From a virus, in the IMG/VR virus record IMGVR_UViG_3300009151_000041, positions 1-64,000 of that record: a stretch of 64,000 nt of DNA; one strand, given 5' to 3'. Below, one piece after another: positions 9,073 to 17,903 of this stretch. A program made the translations under genes and the position numbers. The first letter of the stretch is position 1, and the number at the start of each line of letters is the position of its first letter. Under the pieces are notes generated by a model. The model worked only from the letters and a program-made list of their open reading frames with translations. It had not been told where the DNA came from and searched no databases.

Positions 9073-9693
9073 TTATTTCCATTTCCGTGATGTTTGTTGT
9101 GCTAAATCATCTGTGGCATGGTGTGCCACAGGGTGAAAATACTTTGTGTTAGTATCTTCTGCTAGGATATCACGAATCCTCAAATTCGTGATATCTATGG
9201 GCCATTCCAGTTGTCTTTGTAGCTGTGTGAGATATTGTTCCTGATAAAGATGCAATAGCTCATAACTCAAAAAGGCCGGCGCTGCTAGGTCTTGAAACTG
9301 TTCTAGTGCTGCGGGCAGAGTTGCACCGCCACGCACACGATCCTGTTGCATGCGCACAATGTTTTGATCGCGTCCTAGAATGGCAAATTGTACTCGATGA
9401 CCAAGACGTTGACATTCACGCACAAATCCACGAAAGTCCGGCACAGTCACCTCACCATTGTTCATGTACGGCACACTCATGCTGGTCACAAAGAAATCAG
9501 CACTACGCCAGTTAAAGTTGCCCAGTCTTTCTGGATGCTGCCAGTATTCTGCAAAGGGTTCTTGATCGTGTCCAATCCAGTAGGTGTCTAATAGTGCTCG
9601 CCATCCTGCTACTCTAGGGTGCAGGGCAAATATTTTTGACCATAAATGATTGCCTGACCCTTGGGGACCTGTTAAAATTAAAATTCTTTTCAT
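9073..9693 (-). CDS. Sulfotransferase-like / P-loop fold protein
   Basis: ILILTGPQGSGNH start, ILGRD (3'-PB-like) and LSYE patterns. Confidence 0.5.
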   Translation of the reverse strand: MKRILILTGPQGSGNHLWSKIFALHPRVAGWRALLDTYWIGHDQEPFAEYWQHPERLGNFNWRSADFFVTSMSVPYMNNGEVTVPDFRGFVRECQRLGHRVQFAILGRDQNIVRMQQDRVRGGATLPAALEQFQDLAAPAFLSYELLHLYQEQYLTQLQRQLEWPIDITNLRIRDILAEDTNTKYFHPVAHHATDDLAQQTSRKWK

Positions 9694-9853
9694 GCGATAG
9701 AGTTTAAAAATTCCTGTGTTTGATCTGTAATCACGCCGGTCATTTGGGCTCAACATGCCCTAACACCTGTACACAGTCCACAGCAGGATCTATTAGAGTA
9801 GAATCAAAATGATAGTTACTGCGTTTTTTTGATTGTTCCCAGTTGCTGATCAT
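9690..9853 (-). pseudogene. Probable internally deleted gene remnant
   Basis: 37-aa N-fragment (9853-9740) plus out-of-frame 17-aa C-fragment (9743-9690) whose TGA overlaps the next ATG. Confidence 0.45.
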
Positions 9854-9864
9854 ATTATTATATT

Positions 9865-10836
9865 TCATTCTTTACTTAAATCAATCTTGCTTAGTACAGG
9901 AATAAAGGCAGCACGTAATTCATCCATTTGACGCTTTAGGCCTGCAGGAGTCAATTCTGATTCTTCATAAAAGATCACGTTGGCATCAGCATATTCTTTG
10001 TATTCTGCTGAACGCACAGCAGCTGAAAATTGCTGTTGATACCATTCCACAATGTCCGACCGTGTGCCCGGGGGCAGTTGAATTGACCAAGCAGCATATA
10101 CATTGATACCGGGCACCACTGTGTTCAGCAGTGGCACAGCGGGATACTGTGGCATGCGACGAGTGCCGGTAAATCCAATGGCCTTTATCTTGCCAGCGTC
10201 TACCATGGCCCTGGCCACTGCAATGGGCATGATACCAAACTCTGTTCCGGCCTTGCCGTCGTATGATGCCACACTTTGTACAGCAGCCACAGGGCCGTTA
10301 AACTTGATTGCTTTGACTTGATCCTTGTTGCCTCGCGCACGATCCATCAAGTATTCAAATGCAGTTCGGTGCGCACCGCCACCTGTGGCCACATTGATTG
10401 TTCTGCCGGACGCAATGTATTTCACAAACTCCTGCGGAGTGTTGATACCACTTGAGGGATGAGCAACCAGGACCAATGGGCTTTTGCCAATGGTCAGCAC
10501 GTCCACAAAACTGTCGTAATTGTATTTCTTTATGCTCTTTTCCCATATGTCATTTGTGACATAACTGCTCATGTGTGAAGGCAAATTGATAGTGTGTCCG
10601 TCTGTGGGTGCATCCAGGAATCGATTGTTGGCCACAACTGAATCAGCACCGGGCATGGGCTGCACAATGTAGGAGAATCCAGGATTGCGCTTGGCCACAA
10701 TTTCAGCCAGTTTGCGGAAGGCCATTTCGTTTCCTGCTCCAGGAGCATTGCCCACAATGGCTGTGACAGTTCGAGAAGGCTCCCAGGCCCAGGCTGCAAC
10801 GGGCAACAGGGCCAGCACAATGAATTTTTTTAGCAT
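9865..10836 (-). CDS. Tripartite tricarboxylate transporter substrate-binding protein (Bug/TctC family)
   Basis: Signal peptide, APGAG, PGA...A...DGHT, KIKAIGFTG.RRMP.YP.VP motifs; GGAGA RBS. Confidence 0.85.
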   Translation of the reverse strand: MLKKFIVLALLPVAAWAWEPSRTVTAIVGNAPGAGNEMAFRKLAEIVAKRNPGFSYIVQPMPGADSVVANNRFLDAPTDGHTINLPSHMSSYVTNDIWEKSIKKYNYDSFVDVLTIGKSPLVLVAHPSSGINTPQEFVKYIASGRTINVATGGGAHRTAFEYLMDRARGNKDQVKAIKFNGPVAAVQSVASYDGKAGTEFGIMPIAVARAMVDAGKIKAIGFTGTRRMPQYPAVPLLNTVVPGINVYAAWSIQLPPGTRSDIVEWYQQQFSAAVRSAEYKEYADANVIFYEESELTPAGLKRQMDELRAAFIPVLSKIDLSKE

Positions 10837-10949
10837 GGTTGATTTCTCCTTAAATAGCATGTAAAATATCTCTTATATATCAAAAATTTCTATGAATACG
10901 GAAATTTCTTAATCAATGTCAAAATTTATCACACTGTTCCAAAATTTTT

Positions 10950-11795
10950 ATGATAGCTATACTTTTTCCTGCTGGTGCATTTGGCAGCACTATTGAATAT
11001 AGTCTGCGTGAGTTTACTCAAGGATTACACAAAGTTACTGCCACTGTGACCAGTAGTGGCAGCATGCATTCGTTTTCCAAAGAATTTCACCCGGTGTTGT
11101 TGACAGAAATAAAAAAAATCTCTCACAACAGCTATGAAATAGTCACGCCAGTTTATCCCGGGCTGGATTATCTCAACCCAGCTGCAACTGTGCAGGCAAT
11201 GATAGAATTTTTGCCAGCAAAAACCATTTTGATACATTTTGACACAGCCAGTCAAGTTGAGCGAAATCAATTGTTTTGTTATCATAAAATTCCAACGTTT
11301 ATACAGCAAGTTTTACAAAATAAAGTTTCTGCGTGGAATCCGTCCTACAGCCTGGTTGAACACATGCAACCTTATGAAGTTAGAGAAGCGTTGAGTTTTT
11401 TAACTGACCAAGCAGAAGATTATATTGCTGTGAAAAATCAAGTGCCTGCTGGTTGGCTGAGTGTGACTCCTGACCAAATACTGTATGACTTTGAACACAC
11501 TATATCTCGCATGATTGACTATTGCGAATTAACTGCGGATCCTGATACCAATCCTGCTGAATTTTATGCTGTATGGTTCCAGCGTCAGCAGTATATTCTA
11601 AATGAATTTCACACAGTTCAACAGATCATTCTGAACATAAACAATCAAGATTTCAACTGGACTTCCATATCAATCATGGCAGAAGCCATAGTTCAAGCCA
11701 AACTGCGTCAGCAGGGTTGGGAAATTGCCTGTTATCAATTAAATCAGTTTCCTACCAACATACAGGATCTAAGAAAGGTCATGCTTCCATTATGA
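10950..11795 (+). CDS. Hypothetical protein (possible sulfotransferase-like fold)
   Basis: Long ORF beginning IAILFPAGAFGS; ATGA-coupled to the next gene. Confidence 0.6.
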   Translation: MIAILFPAGAFGSTIEYSLREFTQGLHKVTATVTSSGSMHSFSKEFHPVLLTEIKKISHNSYEIVTPVYPGLDYLNPAATVQAMIEFLPAKTILIHFDTASQVERNQLFCYHKIPTFIQQVLQNKVSAWNPSYSLVEHMQPYEVREALSFLTDQAEDYIAVKNQVPAGWLSVTPDQILYDFEHTISRMIDYCELTADPDTNPAEFYAVWFQRQQYILNEFHTVQQIILNINNQDFNWTSISIMAEAIVQAKLRQQGWEIACYQLNQFPTNIQDLRKVMLPL

Positions 11796-12526
11796 ACACT
11801 CGAATTTGTTCCCTAATCACTCACACTCTCACACAGGCATTTAATTTGCCTAAATATCAAAATATCAAAATTAACGCGGACACTGTGGTGGAAGACCTGC
11901 CGTGGACACCAGCACGCTATAGAAAGTTCAAAGACGCTGTGGCTGCTGAACTGGCCCTGCCCTGTGACTATCACGGAACACTGGCAGAAATCACAGCTGA
12001 TCTGTCAGAACGCTATACCAATAGATTCTTCCGTGAAATATGGCGCCCACGAACCAGCGATTATGATCACTCAGGCTGGGCACTGGTAGAAGAAATCAAC
12101 CGACTCAATCCTGACCGTGTGCTGGATGTGGGCTGTGGATATCATCCTTTTAAAGGCCGCATCACGAATATTATAGGTATTGATCCCTACAATGACGCAG
12201 CCGATTATGAAGTAGACATACTGGATTACCGGGTAAAGCCTGAGAGCTACGATGTGATTATTGCACTGGGTTCAATTAATTTTAATAGCCAGGACGAAAT
12301 TGAAGAGCGATTCGCGCACTGCGTATCTTTATTGAAACCTGGCGGTAGATTTTATTTGCGAGCCAACCCGGGAATCTCACACAAAACAGGCCCGTATGTG
12401 GACATTTTTCCATGGTCGTTTGAAGTGGTAAATGAATTTGCTGAACGCTACAATCTGCGGTTAGAAACGTTCAAAAAAGAACCTGCTGAATTAGGCCGTC
12501 TTTATTTTGTCTACAGCCGACTGTGA
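11792..12526 (+). CDS. Class I SAM-dependent methyltransferase with an N-terminal ACP-like helical domain
   Basis: VLDVGCG, IGIDP, YDVIIALGS and LLKPGG motifs. Confidence 0.85.
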   Translation: MNTRICSLITHTLTQAFNLPKYQNIKINADTVVEDLPWTPARYRKFKDAVAAELALPCDYHGTLAEITADLSERYTNRFFREIWRPRTSDYDHSGWALVEEINRLNPDRVLDVGCGYHPFKGRITNIIGIDPYNDAADYEVDILDYRVKPESYDVIIALGSINFNSQDEIEERFAHCVSLLKPGGRFYLRANPGISHKTGPYVDIFPWSFEVVNEFAERYNLRLETFKKEPAELGRLYFVYSRL

Positions 12527-13207
12527 TGCAGTGGCAATTTCGTCACGTTGAAATCTTGCCAGCACATCTTGAAATACCAGTTCATGCCCGGATGCCAATA
12601 AATGATAGTATTCACTGACCTCATGTCCCTGCTGTGCTGCCCATCCAGACCAGTTCATTGGATCATGATTTTCCAATTCCCAATGCAACATTAAAGGTTC
12701 GACGAATGCCTGTTGTTTCTGCATGCCTGGTGTGACATGCCAGCGTTGATCAAATATCAAATCGTCCATGTATGTCATTATAAACGGTTGCCCAGATGCC
12801 AATAGTTCCAGCGTGACTAACTTGATCAGCTGCAAACAACTTATTTTATCCCGAAGTTCTGAATGTAAATTTCTATAATAAAAATCCGCATGCTCATGTG
12901 CTTTTTTGCCCGGCATCAATGTTTTCCAAGGGTCACCTTTGGGATCAGTGCTGATAAAATCATGTCGATCAATCCAAGTCCAATTTATCACATAAAGTGC
13001 AGACTCGTTGCGGGCCAATTGATCTAACACTTGACTGGCAATAAAAAAATTACCGCGTCCTGGCCAAGCGTAGCATTTGTATTGTAAGCCCAACGAGCGT
13101 GACAGTAGTGCAGGCCATGTCAGTTGACTGCATTGATGTCCAGAAATTGCCACGTCAGGCATTTCGCTGCCCCATATGAACGAGCAGCCAAAACTTTTTA
13201 ATTTCAT
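12491..13207 (-). CDS. SGNH/GDSL-like hydrolase or acyltransferase
   Basis: FGCSF..G block I, G.GN block II, WT..DR, C-terminal H-x-x-x-x-GH. Confidence 0.65.
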   Translation of the reverse strand: MKLKSFGCSFIWGSEMPDVAISGHQCSQLTWPALLSRSLGLQYKCYAWPGRGNFFIASQVLDQLARNESALYVINWTWIDRHDFISTDPKGDPWKTLMPGKKAHEHADFYYRNLHSELRDKISCLQLIKLVTLELLASGQPFIMTYMDDLIFDQRWHVTPGMQKQQAFVEPLMLHWELENHDPMNWSGWAAQQGHEVSEYYHLLASGHELVFQDVLARFQRDEIATASQSAVDKIKTA

Positions 13208-13213
13208 AGTGAA

Positions 13214-13807
13214 TTATATACCAGCGGCGCTTTGCCAGCTCCGTAATTCAGGGTCGGGTTTGTATATTCTTTTTACAGGCAAGCCTGCTGCTGTGCGCAT
13301 TTCATTCAAGTCACTCTCGTGTGTGCGCTGGTAGTCGTTGGGCGTGAGTGGCACTGTTTTGGCAAACAGTTCAGGATCCCAGTCATGGCGTTTGCCGTCG
13401 TAATGCCATTGCCAGTCAGACGCTGAATATTCAGTTAGTGTTTCTAGATCCTCTAGCATTTCGTTGATGTTGCCAGGTGCGGCTGAGCGTCTGCGCATTT
13501 CCACATACACTAGATATCTGTTGGGTTTGATTTCGCCAGGTGAACGATCAGCATCCAGCACAAAATCATAGCCCTTTTCAAACCAGCTCACTAGGTCTTT
13601 TGCGGCTGCTTTGTCACGCACAAAAAAGCTGAGCACAATGATATCAGCATCATCGCCCATTTTAGAGCTAAATTCGTCCACGTGAACGGTGGGCTTCATG
13701 AGCCCGTCTAAATCACGATACTGGAGACCTTCATGCAAGTGGCGCACCGGCTGCTCCTGGTTGGGGGTTTTGTTGTAGGTTTTGTTGTGCATCTTGGGCC
13801 TGTGCAT
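13214..13807 (-). CDS. Conserved jumbo-phage hypothetical protein
   Basis: Long ORF (VDEFSSKMGDD, FEKGYDFVLDAD); start uncertain, overlaps the upstream gene. Confidence 0.65.
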   Translation of the reverse strand: MHRPKMHNKTYNKTPNQEQPVRHLHEGLQYRDLDGLMKPTVHVDEFSSKMGDDADIIVLSFFVRDKAAAKDLVSWFEKGYDFVLDADRSPGEIKPNRYLVYVEMRRRSAAPGNINEMLEDLETLTEYSASDWQWHYDGKRHDWDPELFAKTVPLTPNDYQRTHESDLNEMRTAAGLPVKRIYKPDPELRSWQSAAGI

Positions 13808-14354
13808 CGCTTTGATTGGCTTCTTGATCTAGGTCTTGCTCGTATGCTTGATCCAAATCATCAAGATCAATGTCCTGATCTTCCATTTCGATTGAACCTG
13901 TTTTGATGTCGCTCATGAGCGCTTTGGGCATGGTTATTGACACCAGCCACACGTCTTTTTCTGTCATGCGGGCTTTGTGTGTGCCCGGTCGATAGTCTGA
14001 GGGAGTTTCAATTTTAACAGGTATTTTGATCTTTTGTTTTTTGTATACTACTTCGCAGTCAAATGGCAACAGTCGTTTGCCGCCACGTGGATCGGGCATC
14101 AAGTCCTTGGGCCACATGAAAACGGCAGTCACGCGGTACTTGCCTACTTCAGGCCCAGCCACAAGCTCCCCAATTTCCCAGTTGCGAAATGCGTATACAT
14201 CCAGTTCATCCAGTACACGTTCCATGTCTAAGAGCGTGGCAATAGAGCCGTCGCTCATGTATAGGTCTTTGATGTTGTCAGCGACCTGCCAGTAATCTTC
14301 GTGATTCTTGAACAGTTCTTTGTCGTTGATGCCAAATTTGTTGTGTGTCTGCAT
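13731..14354 (-). CDS. Conserved jumbo-phage hypothetical protein
   Basis: ERVLDELDVYAFRNW..GE...GP, MPDP.GG.RL motifs; TAAATA at 14362-14367. Confidence 0.7.
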   Translation of the reverse strand: MQTHNKFGINDKELFKNHEDYWQVADNIKDLYMSDGSIATLLDMERVLDELDVYAFRNWEIGELVAGPEVGKYRVTAVFMWPKDLMPDPRGGKRLLPFDCEVVYKKQKIKIPVKIETPSDYRPGTHKARMTEKDVWLVSITMPKALMSDIKTGSIEMEDQDIDLDDLDQAYEQDLDQEANQSDAQAQDAQQNLQQNPQPGAAGAPLA

Positions 14355-14364
14355 GGTAATTTAT

Positions 14365-15279
14365 TTATGGCAAAAACACTGTGTTGATGTTTTTGGTTTT
14401 GCTGTGTTTGACCAGGGGGTAAATGGTGGTGGTAGTTTGATCATTTGTGGGACAAAATTTACACTGTGCAATAGGATCATCCAACTGTTCTAGCCACGCA
14501 AGAGCTTGGTCAGGCCAATGCTCAATGGTCAGCGGCTGATAACTGTGCAGCAATTGTCTATCCTCGTGGCTGATATCCAAGTTAAATTGTTGGTCAAATT
14601 CTGGCATCAATGCCACTGGCCCGCATTTGTACAATTTTCCCCGGATGAAATGATAGCATTTATACTGGGCGAATCCACACATCTGATGTGCAAAAAAAGG
14701 ATCAGAATTACGCAGAGTGAATTGTCCTTGAGTATTTTTGTAAACCGACGCATTGGAAAAACTGTTGCTCAAATGTATTCGGACCATGACGTTGTTTACA
14801 TCACGCAATGAATAATATGCATCAGGGTCTCCAGGATTTATTTGGTTAATGCCAATTCCAAATTCATCAATGGGAGTCTGCAAGAAACTTTTGATATTAT
14901 TTCGAATGATGTCAAAATGATCTAAATTGTGAAGGCTTATTGAAATAGTGGAAGTAATTGACTGGGCAAGAGCAGCATACAATGCGGGATTTTGCTTTAA
15001 TTGCAGTCCATTGGAAAGTATTTGTATTCCACAGCTAAATGTATCACGCAATCCTGTAACCCAATCTGTAACAGTGGGATTTAATAAAGGCTCGCCACCC
15101 ATGATCACAATGTTTTTTAAATCAACATATTCGCTCCACTGCCGATACACATCAGCATAATCACTCCAGCGTTGCCAACCACGAAAATCATGATTATTAA
15201 AACGATTGCAATTTTCACATGTTAAATTGCATACATTAGTGATGTAAAATTCTACTTTGTTTTCAAATATATATTTCAA
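14365..15279 (-). CDS. Radical SAM protein with C-terminal SPASM/twitch-like cysteines
   Basis: CNLTCENC, GGEPLL, GKLYKC...CKFC. Confidence 0.9.
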   Translation of the reverse strand: MKYIFENKVEFYITNVCNLTCENCNRFNNHDFRGWQRWSDYADVYRQWSEYVDLKNIVIMGGEPLLNPTVTDWVTGLRDTFSCGIQILSNGLQLKQNPALYAALAQSITSTISISLHNLDHFDIIRNNIKSFLQTPIDEFGIGINQINPGDPDAYYSLRDVNNVMVRIHLSNSFSNASVYKNTQGQFTLRNSDPFFAHQMCGFAQYKCYHFIRGKLYKCGPVALMPEFDQQFNLDISHEDRQLLHSYQPLTIEHWPDQALAWLEQLDDPIAQCKFCPTNDQTTTTIYPLVKHSKTKNINTVFLP

Positions 15280-15298
15280 CTTGATTCCGCCTGGTCAG

Positions 15299-15361
15299 TA
15301 TTTAGTGATTGATCACAACCAAATCTGTCCACATATCTTGATGATTTGCCAACCGTAAATA
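15299..15361. promoter_or_regulatory. Divergent pair of TAAATA late-type promoters
   Basis: TAAATA on minus (15299-15304) and on plus (15356-15361), between the radical SAM gene and phoH. Confidence 0.55.
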
Positions 15362-15397
15362 TCATTGTCCATCAAGGACAAAAGGAGTATAGACACT

Positions 15398-16135
15398 TTG
15401 AGCAGAAATCGCGCCCTAAAAGCACAACAAAAAAAGATGAATCAGGCTGTGGAAAATACCATACACTTCAATCAAACTCTACGTCCGCAACCGCGTAGAA
15501 TTGACTTGGTCCCTCGCACACGAAACCAGGAACGATTGGTAATGGCACTACAAAACCCTGACGCTGACATAGTAGTAACAGTGGGTCCTGCAGGAACAGG
15601 CAAAACTTATCTAGCAATGTTAGCGGCCATACGAGCCTTGAGAGAAGGCACATGTGATAGGATAGTGATGACACGCCCAGCAGTGGGTGTGGAGGGAGAA
15701 AGTCATGGTTTCCTCCCGGGCAATCTAGTTGCCAAAATGGAACCGTGGACCAGACCGCTGTTGGACGTCATGCGAGAGTATTATCGCCCAGCAGACATCT
15801 TGGCCATGATAGAAGATCAGGTTGTGGAAATTTCGCCTCTGGCATACATGCGTGGCCGCACCTTTAAAAACTCATGGATTATAGCCGACGAAATGCAAAA
15901 TGCAACTCCGGCCCAGGTCAAGATGCTGATGACCCGCATAGGTTCTGGCAGTAAGATTGTTGTCACAGGTGACGTTGAGCAAGCTGATCGCAATAGAGGC
16001 GACAACGGCTTGATGGACCTGTGTGAACGATTACAGGCGCAGCCTGTTGCAGGTATTGCTGTGTGTGCCCTAGAAGGCAGAGATATTCAGCGCCACAGCA
16101 TCATTGGGTCAGTGTTGAAATTGTACGCAGATTAG
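15398..16135 (+). CDS. phoH: PhoH-family ATPase
   Basis: GPAGTGKT, TRPAV, GFLPG, YMRGRTF, DEMQN, GDVEQAD; TTG start after AAGGAG. Confidence 0.95.
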   Translation: MSRNRALKAQQKKMNQAVENTIHFNQTLRPQPRRIDLVPRTRNQERLVMALQNPDADIVVTVGPAGTGKTYLAMLAAIRALREGTCDRIVMTRPAVGVEGESHGFLPGNLVAKMEPWTRPLLDVMREYYRPADILAMIEDQVVEISPLAYMRGRTFKNSWIIADEMQNATPAQVKMLMTRIGSGSKIVVTGDVEQADRNRGDNGLMDLCERLQAQPVAGIAVCALEGRDIQRHSIIGSVLKLYAD

Positions 16136-16758
16136 GAGGTGATTATCGCGTAAATTTCCCGCCAATTTTTGACGACCGGATACGGGCACTCATGATTCAT
16201 GTTGTGCCCGTGTTCTACTAGTAAACTTTTCAAGCCCAGAGCATGACCAACATCAGCGTTCTCGGGCTTGTCTTCTATCCAGTAACATCCTGAATCCTTG
16301 TACTCACTCAGTGCAGTGTGTTTGTCTGCACCTGTGTCCAGGCATGTGATTTTTTCAAATGCAGTCTTGCCAAACAATTTGTGCAGATTCATTTCTCTCA
16401 GTTTGCCTGCATTCGCATCCAAACTCAAACTGGTAATGCAATGAAACCCATAGCCATGTTCTTCGTGTAGGCGTTTGACGTAGTACATGGCATCGCGCAA
16501 GGGAGGCAAGAATCCAATGGCAGCCGATTCGTTGAAAGTCTTGACCACTTTCTTGGCATCCTTTTCTTCCAGCTCGTTATAGTGATGATGTAGGTAATAG
16601 CTTTTTTTATTGTCAGCTGTGAGTGTGTAGCCACGCTCCTGCATCCAAACTGAGAATGCCCATTCCCAGTCCAATAACACACCATCAGCATCAACTAGGA
16701 TCAGTTTGTGCGGGTTGTGCTTCTGCGTCTTTTTTGCGGTATTCAACTGTGTATCCAT
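16132..16758 (-). CDS. HAD-family 5'(3')-deoxyribonucleotidase-like protein
   Basis: DADGVL motif I, ITS motif II, WIEDK motif IV. Confidence 0.8.
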   Translation of the reverse strand: MDTQLNTAKKTQKHNPHKLILVDADGVLLDWEWAFSVWMQERGYTLTADNKKSYYLHHHYNELEEKDAKKVVKTFNESAAIGFLPPLRDAMYYVKRLHEEHGYGFHCITSLSLDANAGKLREMNLHKLFGKTAFEKITCLDTGADKHTALSEYKDSGCYWIEDKPENADVGHALGLKSLLVEHGHNMNHECPYPVVKNWREIYAIITS

Positions 16759-16999
16759 TTTCATTAAACAATCGGGTAATGGTAGATTCATAGTGTTCCA
16801 TGTAGTACTCTACAATTCTATCAAAGTCTCTGGGCACTTGAACTCCGCCCATGCTGCATTTTACTACAGAAAGTTCCTTGAAGTCAAGTATAACATTGGC
16901 AGTGGCATGGTCTCTTGTTTTTAAGTTTTTGGCCACAGCCATTACTTCGTCAATTTGACCAGAAGGTTTTTTATAGTAAGTTAGGATTAGGTATCTCAT
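16691..16999 (-). CDS. Hypothetical protein
   Basis: ORF in a coupled operon. Confidence 0.65.
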   Translation of the reverse strand: MRYLILTYYKKPSGQIDEVMAVAKNLKTRDHATANVILDFKELSVVKCSMGGVQVPRDFDRIVEYYMEHYESTITRLFNENGYTVEYRKKDAEAQPAQTDPS

Positions 17000-17208
17000 T
17001 TGATATTTTGTTCTATAATGTATAGTAAATCTTTCACAGTTTCAAACCAAGCTTCGGTAATATTGACATTGATTTGAAATTGTCTGTCCACAAAATCCAC
17101 AGTCATTGACTCGTCAAACACATCAAACTTTAAGTCTGTAAATGCAGTGTTCACAGTCACATCAGTTCCAGTGTAGTGCGTTAGCCAATTGATCAAAATC
17201 TCTTCCAT
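16996..17208 (-). CDS. Acyl-carrier-protein-like small protein lacking the Ppant serine
   Basis: T.F.DL.FDVFD...V..V...F.I......FETVKDLL matches the ACP pattern, with DVF in place of DSL. Confidence 0.55.
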   Translation of the reverse strand: MEEILINWLTHYTGTDVTVNTAFTDLKFDVFDESMTVDFVDRQFQINVNITEAWFETVKDLLYIIEQNIK

Positions 17209-17903
17209 TGTTTACTGTTGTATCTGTTGATTATGTCTGTGAATTTGTTTTGTGACAGTGGGGTTATGTGCAAATACTTACACAAGTCAGTGTATGTGTC
17301 AAAGTTTTTTTCCAACAGTTGATCCACTTGCACAAGATAAGGCGTCCTGGGCATTTGATTTTTTAATTCATCCCAAGTGACCAGATCATGGTTTAAATTT
17401 TTAATCAACAGTTTTCTTTTTATCTGATTGGAAATTTTGATTGATTTTTGACTGCCGATCAGTCTGCGTAAATCTCTTTGATAAAACTGCTCGCCCATGG
17501 GCTTGTAGACTTTTTCGTATGCCCATCTTTCAGGCTCGTATTTGTTTTTGTGTGTGACATACAACACTCGCAAATTTTCTACAAATGACAGTTTGAATGC
17601 TGTGTTAGGATGACATCTAAATAAAATTAACCTAGGATCAAGCAAGGCCTGCTGGGTGCGAGGAGTCACATAAGAATTCCAGCCAGCTTCGCTTACTGTG
17701 AGTGAATCAGTATAGTCATGCAGGTTGTTGAACCATTTTTCACTGGCTTCGTGTGCAGTGCCATCATTGAATAGCAGTTGATCAAATGGCACAAATTGTT
17801 GAACTTCAGGGCTGAGAGAAACCAACGCATAAATCAAACTTCCACAGTATCCGGTTTTATATGCAATTGCTACCAGATTGTCATGTGTTAGTTTAATTGA
17901 CAT
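17193..17903 (-). CDS. Hypothetical protein (AT-rich)
   Basis: 236-aa ORF overlapping both neighbours. Confidence 0.6.
   Translation of the reverse strand: MSIKLTHDNLVAIAYKTGYCGSLIYALVSLSPEVQQFVPFDQLLFNDGTAHEASEKWFNNLHDYTDSLTVSEAGWNSYVTPRTQQALLDPRLILFRCHPNTAFKLSFVENLRVLYVTHKNKYEPERWAYEKVYKPMGEQFYQRDLRRLIGSQKSIKISNQIKRKLLIKNLNHDLVTWDELKNQMPRTPYLVQVDQLLEKNFDTYTDLCKYLHITPLSQNKFTDIINRYNSKQWKRF

Noticed and set aside
10892-10912. Mini-ORF ATGAATACGGAAATTTCTTAA resembling the methyltransferase start (possible insertion scar)
   Set aside because: The similarity is too short and AT-rich to distinguish from chance without comparative genomes.
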